Positions 1 to 10,600 of a DNA stretch of 64,000 bases are shown piece after piece. This stretch comes from an uncultured Verrucomicrobiae bacterium. Its GTDB lineage: Bacteria > Verrucomicrobiota > Verrucomicrobiia > Chthoniobacterales > UBA10450. The translations under genes and the position numbers were made by a program. Each line of letters begins with the position of its first letter. Position 1 is the first letter of the stretch. The stretch lies in assembly GCA_963801815.1 (NCBI GenBank), contig CAWDGJ010000002.1:224001-288000 (forward strand). The letters run 5' to 3'. The notes beneath the pieces were generated by a model. The model was given only the letters and a program-made list of their open reading frames with translations, was not told the DNA's origin and searched no databases.

Positions 1-225
1 CGATTCGAAATCGGCCAGATCTTTGCGGCGTTTTTCAATGCTGGCGCGGGACCAATCGCGCGTGCCATCCGGGCGCTCCATTCGCGGCACGTCATCTCCG
101 TTGAACGGTGCGTACTTCGCGCGCCAGGTCCAGAAATCATCCGAAAGTTTTTCAGGAGAATCGGTTTGTGCGCGAAGCGACAGCGCCGTCGCGATCAGAA
201 AAACAAACGTGCAAAAATTCTTCAT
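1..225 (-). CDS. Secreted protein, probable DUF885 family, N-terminal part (runs off the window edge)
   Basis: Not in the ORF track. Manual translation from ATG at 225 gives MKNFCTFVFLIATALSLRAQTDSPEKLSDDFWTWRAKYAPFNGDDVPRMERP..., with a signal peptide; co-directional with upstream genes. Family call is by resemblance only. Confidence 0.6.
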   Translation of the reverse strand, partial: MKNFCTFVFLIATALSLRAQTDSPEKLSDDFWTWRAKYAPFNGDDVPRMERPDGTRDWSRASIEKRRKDLADFES

Positions 226-234
226 AATCAAATC

Positions 235-1260
235 TCAATCCGCATTTTGCCGCACCGTGATCACCGCCGGCGTGCGGTCCGACCGGTACATCGACGCACC
301 GTAGCAAATAGCCGGAGCATTGGGGCGGGCGTAGCGAATTTTTTGCAACTGGGCATCCCAGTGTTCCATGTAGGCGCAATTCGCGGTTTTAGTCGCACCG
401 GGAATCTGGACGTAACGATTCTCCGTGAGGGTGAGGAACGCCCCTTCGCCGGGCAACGGCACCGGCACCGCCCAATTCGGCGATAACCGGACAAAACGCG
501 GACCGTTCAGGTCCAGCGCGAACGAGGTGTCACCGTCGGTACTATTTAGATGCAAACCGAAAAACGCGACCCGCAACAATCCATCTAACAGAAATTGGCG
601 ATCCGGACTCTGATTCTCATGCAAAATGTCATAAACGCCGACGAAACCCGGCAACGTTCCAAAGTCGGCCTGGATGCCGGTCTTCAAATAGCGGATCACG
701 TAGTGCTTGCCGTGTTTCTCGCCGTCGACTTGATCGTCCGGGTCGCTTGGATCTTCCCGCAAAATCAACTCCACCGAACCGTCAGGCGCTTTATAAGTCC
801 GGCGCTCGCCAATCATTCCACCCGGGGTGCGAGCCACGCTGGCATCTGTCGATACCGAAGGGGATGCCGATTCGCTCGGCGGCGGCGCCTCGCGATTTGT
901 GAAATACAGCGAAGTTTTTGTTCGTTCGTACCAGTCGGGTCGCGACTCGAGTTTTCTCAAATCAGTGCCGAGGGGTTGGACGCTCCAAAATTCGAGCGCA
1001 CTGTTGTTTGGTTTCTCGCGGGTGAAAACGATGGTCGTACCGTCCGGCGCGAAGATTGGATCGACATCCTGGCCGGAATTGTCATCCGTCAGCTGGCGCA
1101 AGAACTTCCCGTCATCGCGATAAAGATAAAGATGCGAGTGGCTGGTGCCTTCGGCCTGCAAATAACGGATCGCAACTACAATTTCGGAGGCGGCCCGCAA
1201 ATCGAATGTCAGCAGCCAAAGTGTTGCTGCGACAATTACGATTTGCGATATGAACTTCAT
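235..1260 (-). CDS. Secreted protein with an N-terminal TolB/PD40-like repeat
   Basis: Signal peptide; QLTDDNSGQDVDPIFAPDGTTIVFTR is a PD40-like motif; start overlaps the upstream stop (TGATG). Confidence 0.65.
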   Translation of the reverse strand: MKFISQIVIVAATLWLLTFDLRAASEIVVAIRYLQAEGTSHSHLYLYRDDGKFLRQLTDDNSGQDVDPIFAPDGTTIVFTREKPNNSALEFWSVQPLGTDLRKLESRPDWYERTKTSLYFTNREAPPPSESASPSVSTDASVARTPGGMIGERRTYKAPDGSVELILREDPSDPDDQVDGEKHGKHYVIRYLKTGIQADFGTLPGFVGVYDILHENQSPDRQFLLDGLLRVAFFGLHLNSTDGDTSFALDLNGPRFVRLSPNWAVPVPLPGEGAFLTLTENRYVQIPGATKTANCAYMEHWDAQLQKIRYARPNAPAICYGASMYRSDRTPAVITVRQNAD

Positions 1261-3104
1261 CAGCGCAGCGGGAGCTGAATCGAGCTCGCGTGCTGGGCGT
1301 CGTGATGAATTTGAACATGACAGGTGCGAGCGTCCTTGGCCGTTTCGTCAGCAACCACGCCGCCGGAGCAATAATTCTTTTGCCAGAAAATCGAATTCAC
1401 TGCCGTGACGACCAGCCGGAGCCGGCTGCCTTTCATCATTTTTCGCGCGACAAACAAACCAGGATTGAAGTCGCATTTCACAATTTCGCCCGGCTGCAGC
1501 AGTTTCGCTTCACGGAGTGAATCGCGGTAACGCAGCCGGCGAATGTCGCTCCAAAGCGCGATGCTCGTCCCATCGGGTTGGATTTCGTAAAGGTCCGCTT
1601 CAAGATCGACATCCGGTGTATCGATCGAAACCCAAAGCGTGACCGCCGGGCAACCGACGAGCGGCGTTTCATTCGTCAACGCGTCGCCGTGATAAACCAG
1701 ACCGTCCTTGCCGATACTCAACGGCAGCTTTTGATCGAGACCAGCGGTCTTGTCGTTGGGCTCAGCTCCTTCGGTTTCTTCACCACGTTGTGTGTCGAGG
1801 GGATTGTAAACGAACGCGTCAGCGCCACTTGCAGGCTTGGTTTCACTCAACGTTCCGGACCGGTAAACACCATTCGCGTCGCCATTCTTCGAATCGAAAT
1901 AAAACGTTTTGGGGTTGGCGATCAGGTTCGCGTAGCTGTCCGTGTATTTCCATTCGCCGTTCGCGGCGGAGTTCCCCGCTGCGATCAAATAATACGCGAC
2001 CTGGTTCTTTAAAAACTGCGGCTTTGCGCCGCCTTTCATCGTCCAGTCGTACCATTGCCGATGCAGATCGTTTAGATCGAGCACCGCGTCCTTGCCGAAT
2101 TTCACGCCCGCGACTTCATCCGTCGGCGTTCGGGTGCCGGCATGGTCCCAAGGGCCGATAATTAAGAAATGTTTCCCCTGTGCTTCAGGCGGTGCATTGG
2201 CAATGTGGTCGCGGTAAAACGTCATCGCGCCCAGCTCATCGCCATCGTACTGGCCGGTGATCGTCAAAATTGGCAGCGTCATTTTTTTGAACTGCTCCAC
2301 CGTCGGAACCATCGCGTCGTAGTACGCGTCGGCGGTCGGATGTTTCAGGATTCGCTGAAAACTCACGGATGGATTGCCAACGAACGAGTCTAGTGTCTTG
2401 AACGCGATATGTTTCTTGTAGGCATCAAGGAACTTGGAGCGCCAGAACTTTGAATCGCCGAACAGATTGACCTGGCCCGCCTTTCCGCTGGTGAAGGTGA
2501 ACCATTGCACGTCGTAGGTTTCGCCGACGTTATCGAGCGACGGATAATCAAGTGGCGGATGCGCGGCCGCGGCCGGAACGATCGTAGCCAAGTGTGGTGG
2601 AAATTCTTTAGCCGTCGCCCATTGATCGAATCCCGCGTAGGACCCGCCCCACATCGCGACTTTGCCATTGCAAAATGGTTGTTGCGCGAGCCATTCGACG
2701 ACGTCGTGACCGTCCCGCGGTTCTTGCGCGAAGGGCTCGAAGTCGCCACCAGAATTTCCGCGGCCGCGAACATCCACTAGCGCAAATACGTAACCATGCG
2801 ACGCGAAATATGCCGCGCGCGGATGATAGCTGTCGGAGATGTAGGGAGTCAGCGTGAAGATGACCGGCGTTTTCGGCATCGAACCGTCCGGTGTTTTGGG
2901 AAAATAGAGCGTCGCGTTGAGCTCCACTTTGTCCCGCATCGGAATCTTCACGCCCCATTTGAGGTCATAATCAGCGACCGGTGACGGAGTGGGACTGGCC
3001 TCCGATCTTGGTTCCGGCGACGGACCTTTTGTTTGAGCAAGTACCGAGGCGAAGATCGAAGCCGTAAAGACAACAGCGAATGAGAGAATCAAGCGTGTCG
3101 GCAT
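1260..3104 (-). CDS. CocE/NonD family serine hydrolase (peptidase S15)
   Basis: IPMRDKVEL, TPY, VDVRGRGNSGG, nucleophile motif GGSYAG, IIGPWDH, C-terminal PepX-like domain; signal peptide from ATG 3104. Confidence 0.92.
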   Translation of the reverse strand: MPTRLILSFAVVFTASIFASVLAQTKGPSPEPRSEASPTPSPVADYDLKWGVKIPMRDKVELNATLYFPKTPDGSMPKTPVIFTLTPYISDSYHPRAAYFASHGYVFALVDVRGRGNSGGDFEPFAQEPRDGHDVVEWLAQQPFCNGKVAMWGGSYAGFDQWATAKEFPPHLATIVPAAAAHPPLDYPSLDNVGETYDVQWFTFTSGKAGQVNLFGDSKFWRSKFLDAYKKHIAFKTLDSFVGNPSVSFQRILKHPTADAYYDAMVPTVEQFKKMTLPILTITGQYDGDELGAMTFYRDHIANAPPEAQGKHFLIIGPWDHAGTRTPTDEVAGVKFGKDAVLDLNDLHRQWYDWTMKGGAKPQFLKNQVAYYLIAAGNSAANGEWKYTDSYANLIANPKTFYFDSKNGDANGVYRSGTLSETKPASGADAFVYNPLDTQRGEETEGAEPNDKTAGLDQKLPLSIGKDGLVYHGDALTNETPLVGCPAVTLWVSIDTPDVDLEADLYEIQPDGTSIALWSDIRRLRYRDSLREAKLLQPGEIVKCDFNPGLFVARKMMKGSRLRLVVTAVNSIFWQKNYCSGGVVADETAKDARTCHVQIHHDAQHASSIQLPLR

Positions 3105-3193
3105 GCGGCCGATTGAAACGAAATCCACGCAGCAAAACAACGCCCAAAATGCGTTGTCTTGATTTCGCCTGACAAAGTTCCTATACCGCCATC

Positions 3194-4570
3194 ATGAAAT
3201 CGCCCGCCATCCGTTCGTTGTTTTTTCTCCTCGCATTCGCCCTGGCAATGAGCTCCCAGGGTGCGGAAAAGACCATCGTGCTCCAAGCCGCGCGCCTATT
3301 TGACGGCAAAGCAAAGGCGCTCGTGCAAAACGGCGTCGTGATCGTTCAAGGTAACAAGATCGTCGATGCCGGCAGCAATTTGCCGGCACCATCGGACGCG
3401 CAGGTGATCGATCTAGGCGATGCAACGTTATCGCCAGGATTTATGGATGGTCACACCCACCTCACCCTCGACTTTTCCGGCAACTACAACGAACGCCGAC
3501 TGAAAGAGATCGACCTGAACGTTTCTGAACAGGCGATCTTGGCGACGAAATACGCGCGCGCGACCGTGGAGGCCGGTTTCACAACGGTGCGCGATCTTGG
3601 CAGCCGATTCGCGGGTAGCAAAGAAATGGTCGACATCGCCTTGCGGAACTCGATCAACAAAGGCGTGGTTGTTGGTCCGCGAATGCTGGTTGCCACGTTT
3701 GGCATCGGCGCGACCGGAGGACATTTCGATCCGACTAGCGGGTTTCGCGACATGCTTTTTGGCCGCGAGCCCAATGAAACAGATGGCATCGCCGATGGGC
3801 CGGACGCAATTCGCAAGGCCGTGCGTTGGGAGGTAAAGAACGGCGCCGATGTGATCAAGGCCGCGGTCTCCGGCGGAGTCCTTTCGTTGGCTGACGAAGT
3901 TGACACTCCACAACTCACGCCTGCGGAAATGGCGGCGTTGGTCGACGAATCGCATCGGCTGCGAAAAAAAGTTGCCGTGCATTGTCACGGCGATCAGGCG
4001 GCGAAGGAAGCGATCGCTGCGGGCGTGGATTCCATCGAACACGGTTCGTTCCTGAAACCGGAAACCCTTACCCTGATGAAAAACAAAGGAACTTATCTGA
4101 CGCCCACCTTGATGGCGACGGAATGGATCCTCGGTAAGATCGACAATTATCCGCCGGCGTTGCAAGCCAAGGCGCGAGCGGCAGGCGCTGCGCGCTCCGA
4201 AATGTTCCGAAACGCGGTGAAGATGGGCGTCAAGATTTCGTTCGGCACTGACGCGGCCGTTTATCCTCACGGACAGAACGCCAAAGAATTCAAGCTAATG
4301 GTCGATCTTGGAATGCAACCGATCGACGCCCTGAGAACGGCGACCGGAAACGCGGCCGACCTTTTCGGAATAACGCAGAAAGTTGGAACATTGGAAAAAG
4401 GCAAACTGGCGGACGTAATCGCCATGCCCGGTGATCCAACGGCCGATATCACCGCGACCGAACGTGTTTCGTTCGTGATGAAAGAGGGCAAGATTATCCG
4501 CAACGGCCCCCCAAGCGCATCGCCTGTCGCCGAGACGGACGAAACACCGTCAGAAATTCCGGCTGATTAA
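3194..4570 (+). CDS. Amidohydrolase family protein (Xaa-Pro dipeptidase-like), secreted
   Basis: PGFMDGHTH, GFTTVRDLG, HCHG, SIEHG, FGTDA metal-binding motifs. Confidence 0.92.
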   Translation: MKSPAIRSLFFLLAFALAMSSQGAEKTIVLQAARLFDGKAKALVQNGVVIVQGNKIVDAGSNLPAPSDAQVIDLGDATLSPGFMDGHTHLTLDFSGNYNERRLKEIDLNVSEQAILATKYARATVEAGFTTVRDLGSRFAGSKEMVDIALRNSINKGVVVGPRMLVATFGIGATGGHFDPTSGFRDMLFGREPNETDGIADGPDAIRKAVRWEVKNGADVIKAAVSGGVLSLADEVDTPQLTPAEMAALVDESHRLRKKVAVHCHGDQAAKEAIAAGVDSIEHGSFLKPETLTLMKNKGTYLTPTLMATEWILGKIDNYPPALQAKARAAGAARSEMFRNAVKMGVKISFGTDAAVYPHGQNAKEFKLMVDLGMQPIDALRTATGNAADLFGITQKVGTLEKGKLADVIAMPGDPTADITATERVSFVMKEGKIIRNGPPSASPVAETDETPSEIPAD

Positions 4571-5439
4571 CGATATATGTTTCCGGTGAGCACAGCTACG
4601 TGTGTGTCGTTAGGAACCACCGCTACTCGCGCTGAGTCGCTCGTTGCGTTTATGAAGTAAAGCGAAGCTCCCGGGCCAATATAAACCGGATAGAATGTGT
4701 ATGGCTGACCGTCGATGAATTGCGGATTTCTCCAATCGACCGCAATGGCTCGCGAACTCACAGAAGAACTCACTGCCACCGAGTCGCTGAAGTTGATTGA
4801 ACGAGGATCTCGAACATCGCCGCGGTTGTCGTAGTCGTATAGGTTGTATGGCACGTAACGCCAGTTTCGCACTCCATTCGTCGGGAACCAGTTTGTCCCG
4901 AACGCGTCGACTTCACTTTCCAACGGAATCGTCCGACTGACGATCGTTCGCGTGCGCACCTGGTCGATCAAAGCCGGCTGGATGTGATCTTCGCCGGCGA
5001 AGCGGTACGAATAAAACGCGATTTCGTTATCCAGGCCGCCCCACCGGCTCAAATTAATCGGATGACCGAAGGCCACTTCGAAAATGTCAACGCGCGGATA
5101 GTGATTTTGCGGCTCCCCGGACGAATTGTTAGCTTGGCGCGCAGCGGTTGCTTCGGCCGCTACGGCTTCTTCCTTCGACGCGACAAGATTCGAGTCGCGA
5201 AGTGACTTAAGCAGCGAATCACTTGCGCCTTGTGATTTGAGGATGTTCTCCTGTGGCTGGGTCAGGGAGTGAAGAAGTTTTCGGTCGGCTACTTCGTTCT
5301 TAATAGAGAACTCGGGTTCATGCATCCGGACCAGCAGCGACAACTCGCTGAAACCGATCGGGGTGGCGTGGAGTTGAGAGGAGACTAGTAAAAGAGCGGC
5401 AGTGGCGGCTAAGAGGCTATAACGAGTTGGGCTTTTCAT
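4567..5439 (-). CDS. Hypothetical secreted protein
   Basis: 290-aa ORF with a signal peptide (MKSPTRYSLLAATAALLLVSSQLHA); no recognised family. Confidence 0.7.
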   Translation of the reverse strand: MKSPTRYSLLAATAALLLVSSQLHATPIGFSELSLLVRMHEPEFSIKNEVADRKLLHSLTQPQENILKSQGASDSLLKSLRDSNLVASKEEAVAAEATAARQANNSSGEPQNHYPRVDIFEVAFGHPINLSRWGGLDNEIAFYSYRFAGEDHIQPALIDQVRTRTIVSRTIPLESEVDAFGTNWFPTNGVRNWRYVPYNLYDYDNRGDVRDPRSINFSDSVAVSSSVSSRAIAVDWRNPQFIDGQPYTFYPVYIGPGASLYFINATSDSARVAVVPNDTHVAVLTGNIYR

Positions 5440-5515
5440 AACCCCCGGGTTTTACCAAGTTCTACAGAGATATTGCAAGCCAAAAAGAGCCCTTACCGAG
5501 GCGAAGAAATCCGCT

Positions 5516-5543
5516 TTGACAGCCGCTATGTTCGTTCTATTAT
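5516..5543 (+). promoter_or_regulatory. Sigma-70-type promoter for the rplA operon
   Basis: TTGACA (5516-5521), 16-bp spacer, TATTAT (5538-5543), 55 bp upstream of the rplA ATG. Confidence 0.65.
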
Positions 5544-5560
5544 GCGCTCCCCCAATAACT

Positions 5561-5590
5561 GCAGGAGAGCCAAGAGCTCGTTTGAACTGC
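5561..5590 (+). promoter_or_regulatory. Putative ribosomal protein L1 autoregulatory binding site
   Basis: GCAG-GA-GAGC-caaga-GCTC-GTTTGAA-CTGC: two stems around an asymmetric loop resembling the 23S rRNA L1 site (GGAG...UUGAA), 8 nt before the rplA start. Confidence 0.6.
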
Positions 5591-5598
5591 TCAAAATC

Positions 5599-6309
5599 AT
5601 GCAACAAAAACGAAGCAAAAGATATCGCGCCGCCGCCGAGCAGGTGGACCGCAAAAAGTCTTACAGCCTGACTGACGCTGTCGCGACGCTGAAGAAGTTC
5701 CCGCCGACCAAGTTCGATCAAACCGTCACGGTTTCGTTTCGGCTTGGAGTCGATCCTAAACAATCCGACCAGATGGTGCGCGGCACCTGCGCACTTCCGC
5801 ACGGCAGCGGCAAATCCGTGCGGGTTCTCGTATTCGCCGAAGGGGCAGCCGCGAAGGCCGCCAAGGAGGCAGGCGCGGAGCACGTGGGATTTAAGGAACT
5901 GATCCAAAAAGTTCAGGAGGGGTTTCAAGATTTCGACGTCGCTGTATCAACTCCGGCGGCAATGGCTGAAGTCCGCAAGCTCGGAAAAGTTCTCGGACCG
6001 CGCGGGCTGATGCCAAACCCCAAAGCGGGCACCGTTGCGGAAGACACCGCGAAGGCGGTTCAAGAAGTGAAAGCCGGGCGAGTCGAGTTCAAGCTCGACA
6101 AGAACGGCAATGTCGCCGTCCCCATTGGGAAATTTTCATTCGAAGAAAAAGCGTTGATTGAAAACAGCAACGCCGTGATCGAGGCGGTAGTGCGAGCTCG
6201 GCCGGCAACTGCCAAAGGACGCTATCTTGACGCGATGACGTTAAGCGCCACAATGTCGCCCGGCCTGAAACTCGACCCGTCCCCGTACCTCGCCAGCCAG
6301 GCAGCCTGA
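5599..6309 (+). CDS. rplA: 50S ribosomal protein L1
   Basis: [39 protein letters not shown]; start taken at MQQKRSKRY. Confidence 0.98.
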   Translation: MQQKRSKRYRAAAEQVDRKKSYSLTDAVATLKKFPPTKFDQTVTVSFRLGVDPKQSDQMVRGTCALPHGSGKSVRVLVFAEGAAAKAAKEAGAEHVGFKELIQKVQEGFQDFDVAVSTPAAMAEVRKLGKVLGPRGLMPNPKAGTVAEDTAKAVQEVKAGRVEFKLDKNGNVAVPIGKFSFEEKALIENSNAVIEAVVRARPATAKGRYLDAMTLSATMSPGLKLDPSPYLASQAA

Positions 6310-6319
6310 GATCCAAATC

Positions 6320-6859
6320 ATGAGACCAGAAAAAGCCAATATTGTTTCCGATCTTTCGAAGGAGTTGAAAGACTCCTCCTTCGTGCTGGTGACCGATTAC
6401 CAGCACATGAAAGTCGATGATTTCAGCGAGCTGCGGAAACGTTTGGCCGCAGCCGGCGCGGAAGTGCACGTGGTGAAAAACAGCCTTTTGAAACGCGCGA
6501 TGGCCGATTCAGGTCTCGCTCCCAGCAACGGAGAGTTAACTGGACAGACGGCAGTGGTGACCGGCGCCAAAGATGTCGCGCCAGTCGCGAAAATCTTGAA
6601 GACGTTCGCAACTGAATTCAAGAAGGCGATGCTGAAGCTGGGCTTCATCGATCGCGCACAGGTTGCGACGAAAGAAATCGAAAAGATTGCTGACTTGCCG
6701 CCGCGTGAAGTCGTCCTGGCGCAGTTGCTTGGATTGATCCAAGCGCCGGCGACGCGATTGGCAAGGATGCTCAACGAGCCGGCATCGTCGCTGGCCAGAT
6801 TGTTAAAGGCGAAAAGCGAAAAGGAGGGTCCACCCGCGGCGGAAACGCCGGCGGCTTAA
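6320..6859 (+). CDS. rplJ: 50S ribosomal protein L10
   Basis: MRPEK..., VVKNSLLKRA, IADLPPREVVLAQLLG; synteny. Confidence 0.97.
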   Translation: MRPEKANIVSDLSKELKDSSFVLVTDYQHMKVDDFSELRKRLAAAGAEVHVVKNSLLKRAMADSGLAPSNGELTGQTAVVTGAKDVAPVAKILKTFATEFKKAMLKLGFIDRAQVATKEIEKIADLPPREVVLAQLLGLIQAPATRLARMLNEPASSLARLLKAKSEKEGPPAAETPAA

Positions 6860-6971
6860 AGAATTTCTGTCTCGTGAGTGCGGGACGAAACAAACGAAAC
6901 ACTGTCCGGGCCGATAGCTATCGGCCTTAAATTTCCGGGAGCTTCCGGGAGCGGCAATAGGAGAAAATAAA

Positions 6972-7358
6972 ATGGCAGATAACAAAGCATTAGTAGATCA
7001 GATCGTTGGGCTCAGCTTGCTCGACGCTGCAGATATTGTTAAACAACTCGAAGAGAAGCTCGGAATTAGTGCGGCAGCACCTGTTGCCGCGGCGGCAGCG
7101 CCAGCAGCGGGCGGTGGAGCAGCAGCTCCGGCGGCCGAAGAGAAGGCGACGTTCGACGTCATCCTCAAGGAAATGGGCGCGAACAAGATCGGCGTGATCA
7201 AGGAAATCCGCGGCGCGGTTCCTGGCCTCGGATTGGCTGAGGCCAAGGCGCTGGTCGAGGGCGCTCCGAAACCGATCAAGGAAGGCGTTCCCAAGGCCGA
7301 AGCCGAAGAGATCAAGAAGAAGGTCGAAGCGGCTGGGGCGAAGGTCGAGATCAAGTAA
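6972..7358 (+). CDS. rplL: 50S ribosomal protein L7/L12
   Basis: Ala-rich hinge, [39 protein letters not shown] ribosome-binding site. Confidence 0.98.
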   Translation: MADNKALVDQIVGLSLLDAADIVKQLEEKLGISAAAPVAAAAAPAAGGGAAAPAAEEKATFDVILKEMGANKIGVIKEIRGAVPGLGLAEAKALVEGAPKPIKEGVPKAEAEEIKKKVEAAGAKVEIK

Positions 7359-7374
7359 GGAAAATTTAAATCAG

Positions 7375-7412
7375 CGGCCGTCTGGCGATTTAGCTTGCCA
7401 GACGGCCGTTTT
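7375..7412 (+). terminator. Intrinsic terminator or attenuator after rplL
   Basis: 12-bp stem CGGCCGTCTGGC/GCCAGACGGCCG followed by TTTT. Confidence 0.65.
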
Positions 7413-7634
7413 CGTCTAGTCTCCGCTTTTGTTAGAAGTAGGGAGACTTATTTTTAACCGCAGTTTGCTGGAAAGTTTGAATTGGCAGCAGAACGGTGGA
7501 GGTCGATTTGACGAGCCGCTGTTTTGATGCCATTTTTGCACCCCTCGCTCTCCGGTTGATGCCGTAAGCTCTGTACGCGTACGGCCGCAATTTATTGTGG
7601 GCCGGCGCGAGTTTAACCCCGTGGCCTGGTGATT

Positions 7635-10600
7635 ATGTCAGAACGAAATTCGGAACGCATCCACTTCGGAACAATTAAGGAAGCCATCGAGCCTCCAAAC
7701 CTCATTGAAGTTCAGCTCAACTCTTACGTCGATTTCCTCCAAAAAGACGTCCCGTTTGCCAAACGGAAGAACCACGGCCTTCAGGCGGTGTTCAAAGAAG
7801 TTTTCCCGATCGAGAGCTACGACGAGAAGGCTGTCCTCGATTTTAGTCATTACGAGATCGGCGAACCCAAGCTGAGCGCGCTTGAAGCTCAGCGCGAAGG
7901 CCAGACCTACAGCGCGCCGCTGCACGTCACTTTCCAGCTCCGCGAAGAAAAGGGGACCAAGGAAGAAAAAGTTTACATGGGCGAGATCCCGCTCATGACG
8001 CCGCAGGGAACCTTTGTGATCAACGGCGCCGAACGGGTGGTTGTTTCTCAGCTGCACCGTTCGCCCGGCATCGCGTTTGAATCGACCGTCCACCTCAACG
8101 GCAAGGTTCTTTACAGTTTTCGGATCATTCCTGACCGCGGCTCGTGGATCGAAGTCCAGTTCGACACCGCGGACCTGCTCTACATTTACCTCGATCGGCG
8201 CAAACGCCGCCGCAAATTCCTTGCGACGACCTTCCTGCGCGCCCTCGGTTACGGCTCGGATGAGGAAGTCATCAAACTTTTCTACAGCATCGAGAACCTC
8301 AAGCTGAGCGAGAAGCTCGACGAAGAAAAGCTCGCAACCAAGGTTCTGATCGCCGAAGTCCGCGACGGAGAAGTAACTGTCGCCCGCGCGTTCGAGCCGC
8401 TTACGCTCGCGACCGTACGCCAGATCATGGGGCTCGGGATCAAGGAAGTTAAGGTCATCGATATTTCCAACGACGACACCGTCGTCAAAGCGTTGCGTAA
8501 GGACCCGGCGCACGATCAGGAAGAAGCTCTCAAAGATATCTATCGCCGTTTGCGCCCTGGCGATCCGCCAACTGTGGCAAACGCCCGCGCGTTGCTAAAG
8601 CGTTTGTTCTTCGATCCGAAGAAATACGATCTCGGACGCGTTGGTCGTTACAAGATCAATCAGAAGCTCAGCATTGATGTCGATCTTACCGAGCGGATTC
8701 TGACCGACAAAGATTTCATCGCCGCAATCAAATACCTGATCAATCTCCGCCGTGGCGAAGGCACCCTCGATGATATCGACCATCTTGGTAGCCGCCGCGT
8801 CCGCACGGTTGGCGAATTGCTCGCTAACCAATGCCGCGTCGGGCTTGCCCGCACCGAGCGTCTCGTGAAAGAGCGAATGACGTTGTTCGACATCAATGTC
8901 GACGGCATGACGCCACAGAAGTTAGTGAACCCGAAAGCCCTCAGCGCTGTCATTCGCGATTTCTTCGGGCGCTCGCCAGCTCTCACAGTTCATGGATCAG
9001 ACGAACCCACTTGCGGAATTGACCCACAAGCGTCGTCTGTCAGCTCTTGGACCAGGCGGTCTTTCGCGCGATCGCGCAGGGTTCGAAGTGCGCGACGTGC
9101 ACCCGTCACACTATGGGCGCATTTGTCCGATCGAAACGCCGGAAGGTCCGAACATCGGCCTGATCAGCTCGATGTCGACGTTCGCACGGATCAACGAATT
9201 CGGCTTTATCGAAACCCCTTATCGCAAGGTCACCAACGGTCGAGTTACGGACGCGATCGATTACCTCACTGGCGACAAGGAAGAAAACTTTCTGGTCGCG
9301 CAGGCAAATGCGCCGATTGACGGCCGTGGTCATTTCACCGGCGAAAAAGTTTCCGTCCGCTATCGTGGCGACTTTTTGGAAGTCGAGCCGTCGAAGGTCC
9401 ACTACATGGACGTCTCACCGAAGCAGCTCGTTTCAGTTGCGGCAGGATTGATTCCGTTTTTGGAACACGACGACGCGAACCGCGCTTTGATGGGATCGAA
9501 CATGCAACGCCAGGGCGTTCCATTGATTGTTTCGGAAGCGCCACTCGTTGGCACAGGTTTGGAAGGGAAAGTGGCCCGCGATTCGCATGCCGTATTGCTC
9601 GCGATTGACAGCGGCAAGGTCGCTTCGGTCACGGCAGACCAGATCATCATCACCAAGGACGGCCACGTTCCAGAACATCGGAAGCGAATCAAGACGGATC
9701 CGGAAGAAGGAATTTACGTTTACGAACTGCGAAAATTCATGCGCTCGAACGCCGGCACCTGCGTGAACCAGAAGCCGATCGTGAAGAAGGGCCAGCACGT
9801 CAAGAAAGGCCAGATCATCGCGGACGGTCCGAACACCGAACACGGCGAGCTCGCGCTCGGCCGCAACGTGCTCGTCGCCTTCATGCCGTGGAACGGTTAC
9901 AACTTCGAGGACGCGATCATGATCTCCGAAAAGGTCGTGAAGGAGGACATTTACACGTCGATCCACATCGACGAATTCGAAATCGGGGCGCGCGATACGA
10001 AGCTCGGACCTGAGGAAATCACTCGCGACATTCCAAACGTAAGTGAAGAGGCCCTGCGCAATCTCGGACCCGACGGCGTGGTTCGCGTCGGCGCGGAAGT
10101 GAAGCCGGGCGACATTCTCGTCGGCAAAATCACTCCAAAGAGCGAGACCGAGCTCGCGCCGGAAGAACGCTTGCTCCGCGCGATCTTCGGCGAGAAAGCT
10201 GCCGACGTTAAAGACACGTCGCTCACGGTTCCATCGGGAACCTACGGAATCGTTATGGATGTGAAGGTTTCATCGCGCAAAGAAGTCTCGCGCGAGAAGC
10301 TGACGCCGGCGGAAACGAAGAAGCAAATCAAAGCGATCACCGAAGAGCATCGTCGCAAGAAGGAAGAACTGACGGAGCAACTGACCGATTCGCTGTCCAA
10401 CATTTTGTTGGGCGAGAAAATTCCGCTCGACGTGGTGAACGCAGAGACCGGGGAGATCATCATCCCGGCCAACCGCAAAATCACCAAGACGTTGCTGCGC
10501 AAGCTGGCCAACGTTTACGATCACATCGAGATCGATCCGAGCCCGATCCGCAACAAGATCCGTGAGATCATCGGACACTACGAACACAAGTTTGCCGAGC

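Noticed and set aside
5473..5598. N-terminal extensions given by the ORF track (rplA, rfaD, tadA, hppA, secE, alaS)
   Set aside because: They overlap promoters, leaders or repeats and precede the start of homology; downstream starts were chosen.
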